Shown here piece by piece: positions 30,173 through 38,604 of a stretch of 64,000 nt of DNA. The number at the start of each line of letters is the position of its first letter. The stretch's first letter is position 1. The stretch is from the IMG/VR virus record IMGVR_UViG_3300044712_002690, positions 64,001 through 128,000 of that record. One strand, given 5' to 3'. The notes beneath the pieces were generated by a model. The model was not told the origin of the DNA. It saw only the letters and a program-made list of their open reading frames with translations, and ran no database searches. This DNA comes from a virus. The position numbers and the translations under genes are program-made.

Positions 30173-30916
30173 ATGATAATTTATAGAATTATAAATACTT
30201 TAAATAATAAATGTTACATAGGTAAAACTACTTATTCTTTATCTGTGCGAAAATCTAATCATATTTCTGATGCAAAAAAAGGAAGTAATCAATATATTCA
30301 TAAAGCAATTAGAAAATATGGTGAAGAACATTTTACTTTTGAAGTATTAGATGATTCTTGTGAGACAGAAACTGAATTAAATGAACATGAAATGTTTTGG
30401 ATTAAATTTTTGCATACAAAAGCACCTGATGGATATAATTTAACTGAGGGTGGCGAAGGTGCAAGAGGTTTAATTCATAGTGAAGAACGACGTCAACGAA
30501 ATCGAGAAGTTAACTTAGGAAAAGTAATGCCAGAAGAGGTTAAAGAAAAAATTCGACAAGCAAATATTGGTAGAACTTTTTCTGAGGAATGGAGAAGTAA
30601 AATAAGCGAAGCAAACAGAAGAAGGGGTTGTCTTAGTCAAGAAACAAAAGATAAAATCTCAAAATCTAAAAAAGGTAAAAAACAATCTGAAGAAGAAAAA
30701 CATATGAGATCAATTTCAAGAAAAACCTATTTAGCTTCACTTACGGAAGAAGAAAGAAAAAATTTAGGAAAATCCTTAAGGGGAAGACCCTCATGGAATA
30801 AAGGTCTTACTAAAGAAACTAGTGAGTCTGTAAAAAAGATTAGTGATAAAGCGAAAGTAAGACCTAGAAAGAAAAAGCAACAAATGTTGGTTATATCAAA
30901 TGATCAAATCTCTTAA
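30173..30916 (+). CDS. GIY-YIG homing endonuclease with NUMOD3 repeats
   Basis: IIYRIIN...CYIGKT; GYNLTEGGEG; HSEE/MPEEVKEKI/FSEEWRSKI/LSQETKDKI repeats. Confidence 0.92.
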   Translation: MIIYRIINTLNNKCYIGKTTYSLSVRKSNHISDAKKGSNQYIHKAIRKYGEEHFTFEVLDDSCETETELNEHEMFWIKFLHTKAPDGYNLTEGGEGARGLIHSEERRQRNREVNLGKVMPEEVKEKIRQANIGRTFSEEWRSKISEANRRRGCLSQETKDKISKSKKGKKQSEEEKHMRSISRKTYLASLTEEERKNLGKSLRGRPSWNKGLTKETSESVKKISDKAKVRPRKKKQQMLVISNDQIS

Positions 30917-31058
30917 CATAGCATTACCAGAAGAGTTACATTATAGAGTAAAGCAGAAATGTCAATTTTATGAATTGACTCTACAAGAGGTTGTAGCTGC
31001 TTTACTTGAAAAATTCGATGAAGGTGAGTTAGATTATATTTTTAAGATAACACCATAA
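30900..31058 (+). CDS. Ribbon-helix-helix (ParG/CopG-like) protein, 52 aa, not in ORF track
   Basis: Manual translation MIKSLNIALPEELHYRVKQKCQFYELTLQEVVAALLEKFDEGELDYIFKITP. Confidence 0.65.
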   Translation: MIKSLNIALPEELHYRVKQKCQFYELTLQEVVAALLEKFDEGELDYIFKITP

Positions 31059-31154
31059 CTAAACGAATTACTAAATTTTTTTATTTTTTGGAGAGTAAGA
31101 CCTAAACTGATCTTACTCTTTTTATTTTTATAAATAAATAGGAAGAAACAAACA

Positions 31155-33131
31155 ATGACAGATTCTTTAAGTGATAGACTTAGGGATCATAATTATGTTC
31201 CCTCACAAATACCAACCTCCCTTACTAAATCCACTACTCAGAAAAAGATTTGTCCTGTTAGATTTACAGAAGATGTTATTGAATATTGCCAAGGTGAAGA
31301 ATTTTTACAAGCAACTCTTCGTAAATTACAAAAAGACTTTTTACTTGATTTGTATGAGTTAGATGAAAAAGGATATCCAAAATATGATACAGGTGTTTTT
31401 ATAGCAGGTATGCGCGGCGGTAAGTCTATGCTTGCTGCTATTATAGCATCTTTTCAATTACATAAACTCTTAGCAATGCAAGATCCTGCTGCTCAATTAC
31501 ATCAGTTTAAAGGACAGCGACTAACTCTTCAATTTATAGCTTCTTCTGAAGCGCAAGCACAAGAAACAGCTTATGCTTCTTTTGAAGCTATTATAAATAA
31601 TGCGCCTTGGTGGGTGAAGTATATTGAATGGTTAAAAGAAAGAGAAGAAACAGAAGGCCTTGGTAAAGGATCTTTGTTTGAAATGCTTTCTAATAGAATA
31701 GAGTTCAAAGAAAAGAATATTGCTGCTTTATCTCTTCACTCTAACTCTGCTGCACTTGTAGGTAAAACATCAGCTTGTTGTATCTTTGATGAGTTATCTC
31801 GATTTGACGTAGCTGAGGGAGCTATACAGACAAAGACACAGAAACGATCTGCTCAAGCTGTTTATGATGGTGTTGCTAAAGCAGCTACATCGTTAATGCC
31901 TTTTTCAAAAGTAGTTACAATTACATCTCCTATGTACGAAGATGACTATGGTATGAGACTCCTTTATATGTCAGGTACATTTAGAGGGGGAAGTCAAAGC
32001 GGTATTATTCATACATTAAGAAAACAATATCCTATGAAGGTTGAAAGACAAGTAGGATATCATGCAACTACTTTTGAATTAAATCCAAAGGTAGATGAAA
32101 ATGGTAATGATATTCCTGGTGGTTTTTCTGAAGAAGATGCATTTTTCAAAGGAAAGAAAATTGAGAGCCCTGAAGGTTTTAGACGAGATTATTTAGCTAT
32201 ACCGCCTTCTGCTGTTAGTCCATTCTTTGAATATCCAGAACGTATAGATGCTTGTATTGTTAAAAATAGAAGCATTGTAGATTTCCATGATAGAGAATTT
32301 GATGAGTCTGTTCAAACAGTTGACGGGGATACTATTGTTAGAAAATATATTGGGAAATCTATTATTGTTAATAAGCCTAATATGCTTATGGATTATTTTA
32401 TTTCCTGCGACCAGGGTGAAAAGAAAGACGCGTTTGTTGTTGCTATGGGTCATGGAGATGAAGTATCCTATGATTCAGTTGATGGAGAAGGTAAACCAAT
32501 TACATTTACAAGATACAAAGTTATTATAGACTTTATAGAAGGATGGATTCCTGATAAAGAAAAACGTATAACAGTATCTTTCCCAAATGTAGAAGATATT
32601 ATTGTTAGACTAAGTGAAAACTTTAATATCAGAAAGGTAGTATTTGACCAGTGGAATAGCACAGAATCTTTACAAAGATTATTTAGTAAAGGTATTGTTG
32701 CTGAAAAAACAAAGCAACAAGAAAATCTTAAAAAGTATGAGATACTAAAAACACTAGTGTACAGTAATTTAATTGAATTACCCGAATCAGATATTTTAGT
32801 CAAAGAGTTAAGACAATTAAATCTTATCCGAGGTGTTAAAGTTGATCACCCCGGAGCAGGAAGTTCTGACCATTCTGATGCTATTGCACGTGTAGTTTGG
32901 GAGGTTTATACTAATGTAATTGAGAAAGCAATTCAAGGTGAAATACCTGGACCCCGTAGACATCAAATGCCTACCATTAGATCCGTTGCAAGCATGTATG
33001 AACACATGTCAGGACCAATGATATCGCCTATCTGCGACTTTGCTACCACATCTCCTGCAACTAAAAGCAGTATTTTTGGTAGAGGATTTATGGTTGAAGG
33101 TAATATCAAGCCTAACTTCCTTACTAAATGA
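31155..33131 (+). CDS. terL: Terminase large subunit
   Basis: AGMRGGKS Walker A, IFDELSRF Walker B, ITSP, nuclease SCDQG...D, VVFDQWNS, VDHP...SDHSDA. Confidence 0.88.
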   Translation: MTDSLSDRLRDHNYVPSQIPTSLTKSTTQKKICPVRFTEDVIEYCQGEEFLQATLRKLQKDFLLDLYELDEKGYPKYDTGVFIAGMRGGKSMLAAIIASFQLHKLLAMQDPAAQLHQFKGQRLTLQFIASSEAQAQETAYASFEAIINNAPWWVKYIEWLKEREETEGLGKGSLFEMLSNRIEFKEKNIAALSLHSNSAALVGKTSACCIFDELSRFDVAEGAIQTKTQKRSAQAVYDGVAKAATSLMPFSKVVTITSPMYEDDYGMRLLYMSGTFRGGSQSGIIHTLRKQYPMKVERQVGYHATTFELNPKVDENGNDIPGGFSEEDAFFKGKKIESPEGFRRDYLAIPPSAVSPFFEYPERIDACIVKNRSIVDFHDREFDESVQTVDGDTIVRKYIGKSIIVNKPNMLMDYFISCDQGEKKDAFVVAMGHGDEVSYDSVDGEGKPITFTRYKVIIDFIEGWIPDKEKRITVSFPNVEDIIVRLSENFNIRKVVFDQWNSTESLQRLFSKGIVAEKTKQQENLKKYEILKTLVYSNLIELPESDILVKELRQLNLIRGVKVDHPGAGSSDHSDAIARVVWEVYTNVIEKAIQGEIPGPRRHQMPTIRSVASMYEHMSGPMISPICDFATTSPATKSSIFGRGFMVEGNIKPNFLTK

Positions 33132-33160
33132 TACAAATGACATATTTTCTATTATAGGAG

Positions 33161-34417
33161 ATGAGTATGTCCAAAAAAATGTTAAAAGACTTACAGGATG
33201 TAGCTGAAAAATTTAGAAAAGACTTCCCAGGAGCAACGGCTTATGTAACACAAGCATACTTTGAAAAGCATGGTAATACTCCACGTAATCAATTCCTAGC
33301 TGAATTTGGTTCTTTTTCAAATTTTAAAGAAGAGGCAATGAAAGATGCAGGTGTAGAAACAGAGGCATTTGCATATGAAAAAAAGATATTAGGATTGCAA
33401 GAAGAAATTAAACATTTAAAAAAAGAAAAAATAGAATATATGAAAAGATCCTCAGAGTATGAGGAATTAATTGATTTATATACTTCTAATCTATCAAATC
33501 AACACATGTTTCCAATTTCAGAAGCAAAAATTAAGATAGAATCACTAACAGATAAAAAAGCAATTCTTCATTTAAGTGATCTACATTTAGGAGAAGTAGT
33601 AAAATTAGAACATGTAAATGGGGTTAATGCTTTCAATAAAGATATAGCCATTCAACGTATGGATGCAATATTAAGAAAATTTGAAAATTATTGTACAAAG
33701 AGTAAAATTGATGAATGTTTTATTTTATTGAATGGGGACCTTGTTGATGGTGGTTTAAGATTAGAGAGTATGAGGAATAGCGATTTAAATGAGTTAGAGT
33801 CTATCTTTTTTCTTCATGACTATTTAATTCAAAGACTGTGCCAATTATCTAAATCTTTTAAAAAGATTAATGTTGTTGTAATTGTAGGGAATCATTCAAG
33901 GATACTCCCTGGAAAACCTTACTATAAAGAAAAAGTTGTTATGTCATATGAATACTTGTTAGGAAGAATGCTAAAATCTTATTTTGATCATAGAAAAGAA
34001 TTAGAAACTAATAAAGTTATTGATATTATAGTTCCTGAATCTGCTTTTACAATTTTAAATGTAAATGGTAGTAAATTTTTGGTAACACATGGAGATATTT
34101 TAAGTGGTGGTGGAAGCGGAGGTTTTGCAGGTATTCCTTTTTATGCAATTGCAATGAGTTCTGCAAAACTTTATGGAATTTTACACCAAATTGGAGTTCA
34201 AGAAAACCTTCAGTTTGATAATCTTTTATTTGGACATTTGCACGTCCCTTGTAGAATACCACTTTTTAATGGTAATTTTGCATATGGAAATGGATGTATA
34301 TGTGGAGCTAATGAATATAGTATTTTTAAAATGAAAAGTGTAGCAATAAAACAACAAACACTTGTTGTTGTGTTTGGAGATGGACAAGTATCTACAAGTG
34401 ACATTTATTTTGATTAA
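33161..34417 (+). CDS. Calcineurin-like metallophosphoesterase with N-terminal helical/coiled-coil region
   Basis: SDLHLGE, NGDLVDG, GNHSR, THGD, FGHLH. Confidence 0.85.
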   Translation: MSMSKKMLKDLQDVAEKFRKDFPGATAYVTQAYFEKHGNTPRNQFLAEFGSFSNFKEEAMKDAGVETEAFAYEKKILGLQEEIKHLKKEKIEYMKRSSEYEELIDLYTSNLSNQHMFPISEAKIKIESLTDKKAILHLSDLHLGEVVKLEHVNGVNAFNKDIAIQRMDAILRKFENYCTKSKIDECFILLNGDLVDGGLRLESMRNSDLNELESIFFLHDYLIQRLCQLSKSFKKINVVVIVGNHSRILPGKPYYKEKVVMSYEYLLGRMLKSYFDHRKELETNKVIDIIVPESAFTILNVNGSKFLVTHGDILSGGGSGGFAGIPFYAIAMSSAKLYGILHQIGVQENLQFDNLLFGHLHVPCRIPLFNGNFAYGNGCICGANEYSIFKMKSVAIKQQTLVVVFGDGQVSTSDIYFD

Positions 34418-34422
34418 TTCCT

Positions 34423-34636
34423 ATGAAAGAGTACTTTGGTTTAATCTATAAAGCTACTAATATACAAACAAAAAAGATGTATATTGGAAAAACTATAGAT
34501 AGTTTTGAAAATAGGAAAACTACGAACTTTTTATGAAGTATGGCTTGAAAAGTATAGAAAAGAAGAAGCAGACATAAGATTTGAAAAATGGAAAAATAAT
34601 ATAAGAAATAGAAAGAATTCTTCTAATCAAATATAA
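34423..34636 (+). pseudogene. Frameshifted GIY-YIG endonuclease remnant
   Basis: MKEYFGLIYKATNIQTKKMYIGKTIDSF then TGA at 34534 after a T5 run; basic C-terminal remnant continues in another frame. Confidence 0.65.
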
Positions 34637-34670
34637 TTGAAGCTAATTTAACAACATCAATATCTTTTTC

Positions 34671-34733
34671 AAAGGAAAGTCCTCGCTCACGGATAACAAA
34701 TTCCACAGCGAGGATTTTTCCTTTTTTATTTTT
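34671..34733 (+). terminator. Long hairpin followed by a U-tract at the convergence of + and - gene blocks
   Basis: AAAGGAAAGTCCTCGCT pairs with AGCGAGGATTTTTCCTTT; overlaps a doubtful 63-aa - strand ORF. Confidence 0.4.
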
Positions 34734-34797
34734 AGTATAATATGAATTATACCTGTCTCTTATTTCATATTGAAAATATGAGAGTAGATATTGTTCA

Positions 34798-34956
34798 TTA
34801 TCCGACAAAAGCATCTTTTTCTTCTAGATTTAAGAGTAATTGTTCTTCAATATGAATATCTTCTGTATTTTCACACTTGTTACAATGGTTTCTTCTTTTA
34901 TCATCCAACCACATTGATCCACATTTGGGACATGAGCAAAAATACTGTGATTTCAT
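34798..34956 (-). CDS. Small zinc-ribbon protein, 52 aa, not in ORF track
   Basis: MKSQYFCSCPKCGSMW...HCNKCEN. Confidence 0.55.
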   Translation of the reverse strand: MKSQYFCSCPKCGSMWLDDKRRNHCNKCENTEDIHIEEQLLLNLEEKDAFVG

Positions 34957-34988
34957 AATTGTTACTCCTATTTTTAATTATAAAGATA

Positions 34989-35297
34989 TCATTTTTCAGA
35001 CTTTTTCTGTTCTAAAACAGCTTTAATAAATTCTTCTATTGTTTCCTCACTACTCCAGCAACAGTATTCATTTACACACCATTCTTCCCCATTTTTTATA
35101 CTTTTTACTTTCTCTGCTCCACATTGCGGGCAATAATCTTGTATCTTTTCTCCTTGTAGTTTTACCATAAGAAATTCTTTGACAGGCATACCACTTAAAG
35201 AAAATGTCATAGCTAACTCCTTAGTGTCTAAGTAAATTGATAATATTGTTTGTTCTTCTTTCGATTCTTTCTTTTTCTTCATTCTGTAGATCCTCAT
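34989..35297 (-). CDS. Hypothetical zinc-finger protein
   Basis: CPQCG...WCVNEYC. Confidence 0.55.
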   Translation of the reverse strand: MRIYRMKKKKESKEEQTILSIYLDTKELAMTFSLSGMPVKEFLMVKLQGEKIQDYCPQCGAEKVKSIKNGEEWCVNEYCCWSSEETIEEFIKAVLEQKKSEK

Positions 35298-35604
35298 ATG
35301 AAGTTAAAGGTATATTTTCTAATTCATCTACATCTTCTTTACGAATAACTATAGCACCATTATTACCTTTTTGATATTTAGTAAGGAATGCTATGATCCA
35401 TTCTTTATATTGTAGTTCTAATTGAATTTTAATTTCAGATTCTTTTTCTGATGTAAGAGAAACAATAGAGGCAGGAGGAAGTGAGGAAATTCCGACTAGC
35501 TCAATATATTGAGAGCTGTATTTATCTTTTTTGAGAGCGTTGTTCATTTCATCGTCTACGCATGATAAAAGTAAGAGAATAAGTAAGATAGATAATCTAT
35601 ACAT
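35221..35604 (-). CDS. Putative lipoprotein
   Basis: Signal peptide MYRLSILLILLLLS followed by Cys; GGAGG RBS. Confidence 0.6.
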   Translation of the reverse strand: MYRLSILLILLLLSCVDDEMNNALKKDKYSSQYIELVGISSLPPASIVSLTSEKESEIKIQLELQYKEWIIAFLTKYQKGNNGAIVIRKEDVDELENIPLTSYEDLQNEEKERIERRTNNIINLLRH

Positions 35605-35656
35605 GATTTCTACCTCCTATAAATAATTCCTCCTTTCATATTGATGTAATTACAAA

Positions 35657-35688
35657 ATAAAAAAGCCCTAAGAAATCTTAGGGCTTTA
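35657..35688 (-). terminator. Intrinsic terminator after the RNase H-like gene
   Basis: AAAGCCCTAAG-AAAT-CTTAGGGCTTT hairpin with a U-tract on the - strand. Confidence 0.75.
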
Positions 35689-35690
35689 TC

Positions 35691-36122
35691 TTAATGTAAT
35701 AAATGATCAGCGCAGTAACTAGCTGCAAATGCACCAGGTTTTATCTTGTAATCAAATCCCATAGCAGACACATATCCACTAGCAGCAGCTACATAAGAAT
35801 GTGATTTGTATTTACTGTCTGGGTTAAAGTCTAAGTGAACTTCAAATTTTCTATTTCCAACATATGGATGTATCTCCATAGCACATTTAACAGCCATATC
35901 TACTTCTTTCATTAGTCTTTCTGAGATAGCCATGTATTTAGGATCTTTGCTTTTTTCAGCAAAAACCATACTACCTTTAGATGAAGCTATATGGATAACT
36001 ACAACTAAAGCAAAGTGGGTGTGCCCATCGATAACTTGTGAATCTACACCTACATAAACAGAGCTTGATTCTGGGCTCTCCTCAATGTGTTTTTTAACCT
36101 CTTCATACACTAGCTTTCTCAT
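35691..36122 (-). CDS. RNase H-like protein (YkuK/DUF458 family)
   Basis: VYVGVDSQ, ERLMKEV, EVHLDFN, GAFAASYCADH; start at MRKLV because the upstream in-frame part lies in tRNA-His. Confidence 0.8.
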   Translation of the reverse strand: MRKLVYEEVKKHIEESPESSSVYVGVDSQVIDGHTHFALVVVIHIASSKGSMVFAEKSKDPKYMAISERLMKEVDMAVKCAMEIHPYVGNRKFEVHLDFNPDSKYKSHSYVAAASGYVSAMGFDYKIKPGAFAASYCADHLLH

Positions 36123-36135
36123 AACAAATAACCTC

Positions 36136-36210
36136 TGGGAGAAGTACGAGAATCGAACTCGTATCTTTGGAACCACAATCCAAGGTAATAGCCGTTATAC
36201 GAACTTCTCC
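36136..36210 (-). tRNA. trnH: tRNA-His(GUG) with encoded G-1
   Basis: Cloverleaf; loop UUGUGGU; G-1:C73. Confidence 0.9.
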
Positions 36211-36221
36211 ATAAAAATAAA

Positions 36222-36287
36222 TTTGAGATTGAGAGACTCGAACTCTCGGAAAAGGGTTATGAGCCCTAATCCCCACCTGGATCTCAA
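36222..36287 (-). ncRNA. D-arm-deficient tRNA-like element with CAU anticodon
   Basis: Acceptor UUGAGAU/AUCUCAA, AGGG-CUCAUAA-CCCU, T arm GAGAG-UUCGAGU-CUCUC, only about 12 nt in the D region. Confidence 0.65.
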
Positions 36288-36351
36288 CAGGATACTAGCT
36301 ATCACTAGTAACCTTTTTTGTTCATCGACCGGAGAGAATATGATGTTTATG

Positions 36352-36423
36352 TCGGGGTGGTCGGGATCGAACCGACGACTTTCTGCTCCCAAAGCAGACA
36401 CGCTACCGCTGCGCCACACCCCG
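36352..36423 (-). tRNA. trnP: tRNA-Pro(UGG)
   Basis: UCUGC-UUUGGGA-GCAGA; C1:G72; A73. Confidence 0.93.
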
Positions 36424-36427
36424 TATT

Positions 36428-36676
36428 TTACTTTAAACAATTCTTGCAGGAGTAAGTACCCTTAGCAACCCATTTCAAGTCTTTAAAAAAGACATTAGCA
36501 CCACATCTATAACAAATTCCTTTTCCTTCTTCAATTAAAACTCGTATTGAATCCCCTTGTTTCCAGAATTTACAATTTTGTATTGCTTCTTCAGTCATTG
36601 GGATCGGTTTTGCATAATTTTGTGGATGACCACAAACAAACATTGCATGAAACCAACAATTATTACAATTATCCAC
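36428..36676 (-). CDS. Cys-rich hypothetical protein
   Basis: Several CxxC motifs. Confidence 0.55.
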   Translation of the reverse strand: MDNCNNCWFHAMFVCGHPQNYAKPIPMTEEAIQNCKFWKQGDSIRVLIEEGKGICYRCGANVFFKDLKWVAKGTYSCKNCLK

Positions 36677-36957
36677 TAGCTTGCTCTTTTAACTCTATAT
36701 TGAATAGCGTCAGAAATATCTCTTAGTTTAGCTGGTTTAGAAACCTTACAATCATCATACTCGCAATTGAAACAATCATCCTCACATACACCTAAATGTA
36801 TTCTAATACAACTATTACACACAGTAAAACTATATTTATTCTCTTGTGTGATAGGAGTGTTACAATATTTACACACATTCCTTTTATTTTTAATTTTATG
36901 AATAGAATTATACTTCCTTTGATATTCTCTTTTTTGCTCAATATCCTTAAAGGGCAT
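36676..36957 (-). CDS. Cys-rich hypothetical protein
   Basis: AAGGA RBS; CxxC motifs. Confidence 0.6.
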   Translation of the reverse strand: MPFKDIEQKREYQRKYNSIHKIKNKRNVCKYCNTPITQENKYSFTVCNSCIRIHLGVCEDDCFNCEYDDCKVSKPAKLRDISDAIQYRVKRAS

Positions 36958-36990
36958 ATTTTATATCCTTATTGATATTAAAATAAAATG

Positions 36991-37063
36991 AGCTCCCGAG
37001 AGGAATTGAACCCCCAACCTACTGATTACAAATCAGTTGCTCTACCGATTGAGCTACAGGAGC
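36991..37063 (-). tRNA. trnT: tRNA-Thr(UGU)
   Basis: ACUGA-UUUGUAA-UCAGU; full cloverleaf. Confidence 0.93.
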
Positions 37064-37231
37064 AAGTAAGTTATGTAGTTGGTTTAAGAGCCAACTTCAT
37101 TTCTTTCATTTTCTTAGTCTTTTCTTTCCAGCTTAGTGATTTCCAAATCTTTTTAAAAATCCTGTAGTTAATATCTTGTGAGGAAGATATTTTCCTACTA
37201 TACTTCTTAAGTACTTTAGCTGTTTTAGTAT

Positions 37232-37432
37232 TCATTTCATCTCCTTTTTCTTAATGTCTTTATATAAATATCTTTTTTTCATTAAACTTTTTATAATTTT
37301 GTCTGTTTCTTCTATTGTTAAATTAGCTAGTTTAGCAATATTATCGATATAACAAGGTTCACTGTTTTTCCATTTATTTACAATGTTATAAACATCTTGT
37401 TCTATTTTAGAAGAGAACTTTTTATAGCTCAC
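37232..37432 (-). CDS. Small winged-HTH-like protein
   Basis: IDNIAKLANLTIEETDKIIKSLMKKRYL. Confidence 0.5.
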   Translation of the reverse strand: MSYKKFSSKIEQDVYNIVNKWKNSEPCYIDNIAKLANLTIEETDKIIKSLMKKRYLYKDIKKKEMK

Positions 37433-37450
37433 AGCATTCCTTTTATAAGA

Positions 37451-37526
37451 TAGTATACAGGCGGCTTATATTTACAACCTTTGCTCTTACCTTCCGGAAC
37501 GGTTACGCGGACGGCCTGTATACTAA
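37451..37526 (-). ncRNA. Unidentified structured RNA closed by a 12-bp stem
   Basis: UAGUAUACAGGC/GCCUGUAUACUA enclosing a GC-rich interior with small hairpins. Confidence 0.5.
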
Positions 37527-37527
37527 T

Positions 37528-37615
37528 TGGCGGAGGCCGGATTCGAACCGGCGTTACAAGTCTTTCGACGCCGAGGGTTATGAGCCCTCCGAGAAGCCAA
37601 CTCCTCTACTCCGCT
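37528..37615 (-). tRNA. trnfM: Initiator-type tRNA-Met(CAU) with 20-nt variable arm
   Basis: A1xC72 mismatch, A11:U24, GAGGG-CUCAUAA-CCCUC (three G:C pairs), variable GGCGUCGAAAGACUUGUAAC. Confidence 0.85.
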
Positions 37616-37653
37616 CTATATTATAAAATATACCAATTGGTTATATTTTTCTT

Positions 37654-37839
37654 CTAAAACTTTTTAATAATAGCAATAGTACTATCTGAAATCTCTTTCT
37701 TATCTAAATCAATTGAAAGATTAGCTTCAATTGAAATATCATTACTTATATTTACCAATCCATCTTTAGGCTGATTACTTTGCAGAGATGGATCCTTTCT
37801 TAGATTTTTACCGTTTACTGTTTTAAGCCACTCGAACAT
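37654..37839 (-). CDS. Hypothetical protein
   Basis: AAGG RBS; ORF between tRNAs. Confidence 0.5.
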   Translation of the reverse strand: MFEWLKTVNGKNLRKDPSLQSNQPKDGLVNISNDISIEANLSIDLDKKEISDSTIAIIKKF

Positions 37840-37853
37840 ATACCTTACCTATG

Positions 37854-37932
37854 CAGGGGTGACACGAGTCGAACGTGCATTGCCGAAGCACGGTTTTGGA
37901 GACCGCTGGGTTAGCCATTACCCTACACCCCT
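37854..37932 (-). tRNA. trnW: tRNA-Trp(CCA) with 11-nt variable arm
   Basis: GCGGU-CUCCAAA-ACCGU; G73; variable GCUUCGGCAAU. Confidence 0.9.
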
Positions 37933-37942
37933 AAATATTCTG

Positions 37943-38021
37943 AGCAAGTGATGGGACTCGAACCCACAATGCTTTCGCATCAGTTTGGAAGACTGACAGC
38001 TTACCTTTAGCTTACACTTGC
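37943..38021 (-). tRNA. trnG: tRNA-Gly(UCC) with 12-nt variable arm
   Basis: UCAGU-CUUCCAA-ACUGA; U73; variable UGCGAAAGCAUU. Confidence 0.9.
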
Positions 38022-38546
38022 TTATTGAATCATTCTTACTTGAGTATAGTCACTAAGTAAGAATCTTCTCTGCTTATTTACTTCTTGAATTGCCTCACAA
38101 ATATTATCATACGATTCAGTTACTAACGTATTAAATTCTTCTTCATTAAATTCTACAATAGTGCGATCTCTTTCAAGACACTCGTATAAGTCTTCTACAT
38201 TTTTATAAAATTTTCTATAAAGAAGAGTATATACTTTTTTTATATCCTTAACATAAAATCTAATAAATGAATCTTGTGTAATGAATCCAATATAAACAGA
38301 GTTATTATCTATTCTTTCCCAAGTACGAAATTTTGTTTGATCTGACCTAACACTAAGTTCTTCAATAAGATCATCTATATTAGCTTTTATATAGCCAGTA
38401 CCATAATGAAAGTTATTTAAATCATATGTACTAGCAGTATCATTACCAATAATAGGATTGTAACCTTCAGGTGCATTTAACCAAATACCATCATGAAGAA
38501 ATAAGTGAAATGAACGTAACATCCATTTGTATAATTCTTCTTTCAT
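38022..38546 (-). CDS. Hypothetical protein
   Basis: AAGGAG RBS; 174 aa. Confidence 0.7.
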   Translation of the reverse strand: MKEELYKWMLRSFHLFLHDGIWLNAPEGYNPIIGNDTASTYDLNNFHYGTGYIKANIDDLIEELSVRSDQTKFRTWERIDNNSVYIGFITQDSFIRFYVKDIKKVYTLLYRKFYKNVEDLYECLERDRTIVEFNEEEFNTLVTESYDNICEAIQEVNKQRRFLLSDYTQVRMIQ

Positions 38547-38604
38547 ATAATTTCTCCTTTCTAATTTATACTTGTAATATATAAAGAAAAGAGAATAAAA
38601 CTAA

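Noticed and set aside
9701-33131. Inteins in PolA, RecA or TerL insertions
   Set aside because: No C/S start with HN-C/S/T end and no LAGLIDADG motifs
34673-34688. GGAAAGUCC resembling the RNase P RNA P4 motif
   Set aside because: It is one arm of a local hairpin; no complementary RNase P 3' motif or other conserved regions nearby
36281-36335. Possible sixth Y module (GGUCGA...AAGGUUAC...UUGA)
   Set aside because: Partial motifs only; no closing terminal helix or second stem
37470-37505. SRP RNA helix 8 resemblance (UCCGGAAGG..AGC)
   Set aside because: The conserved symmetric internal loop and long helix are absent
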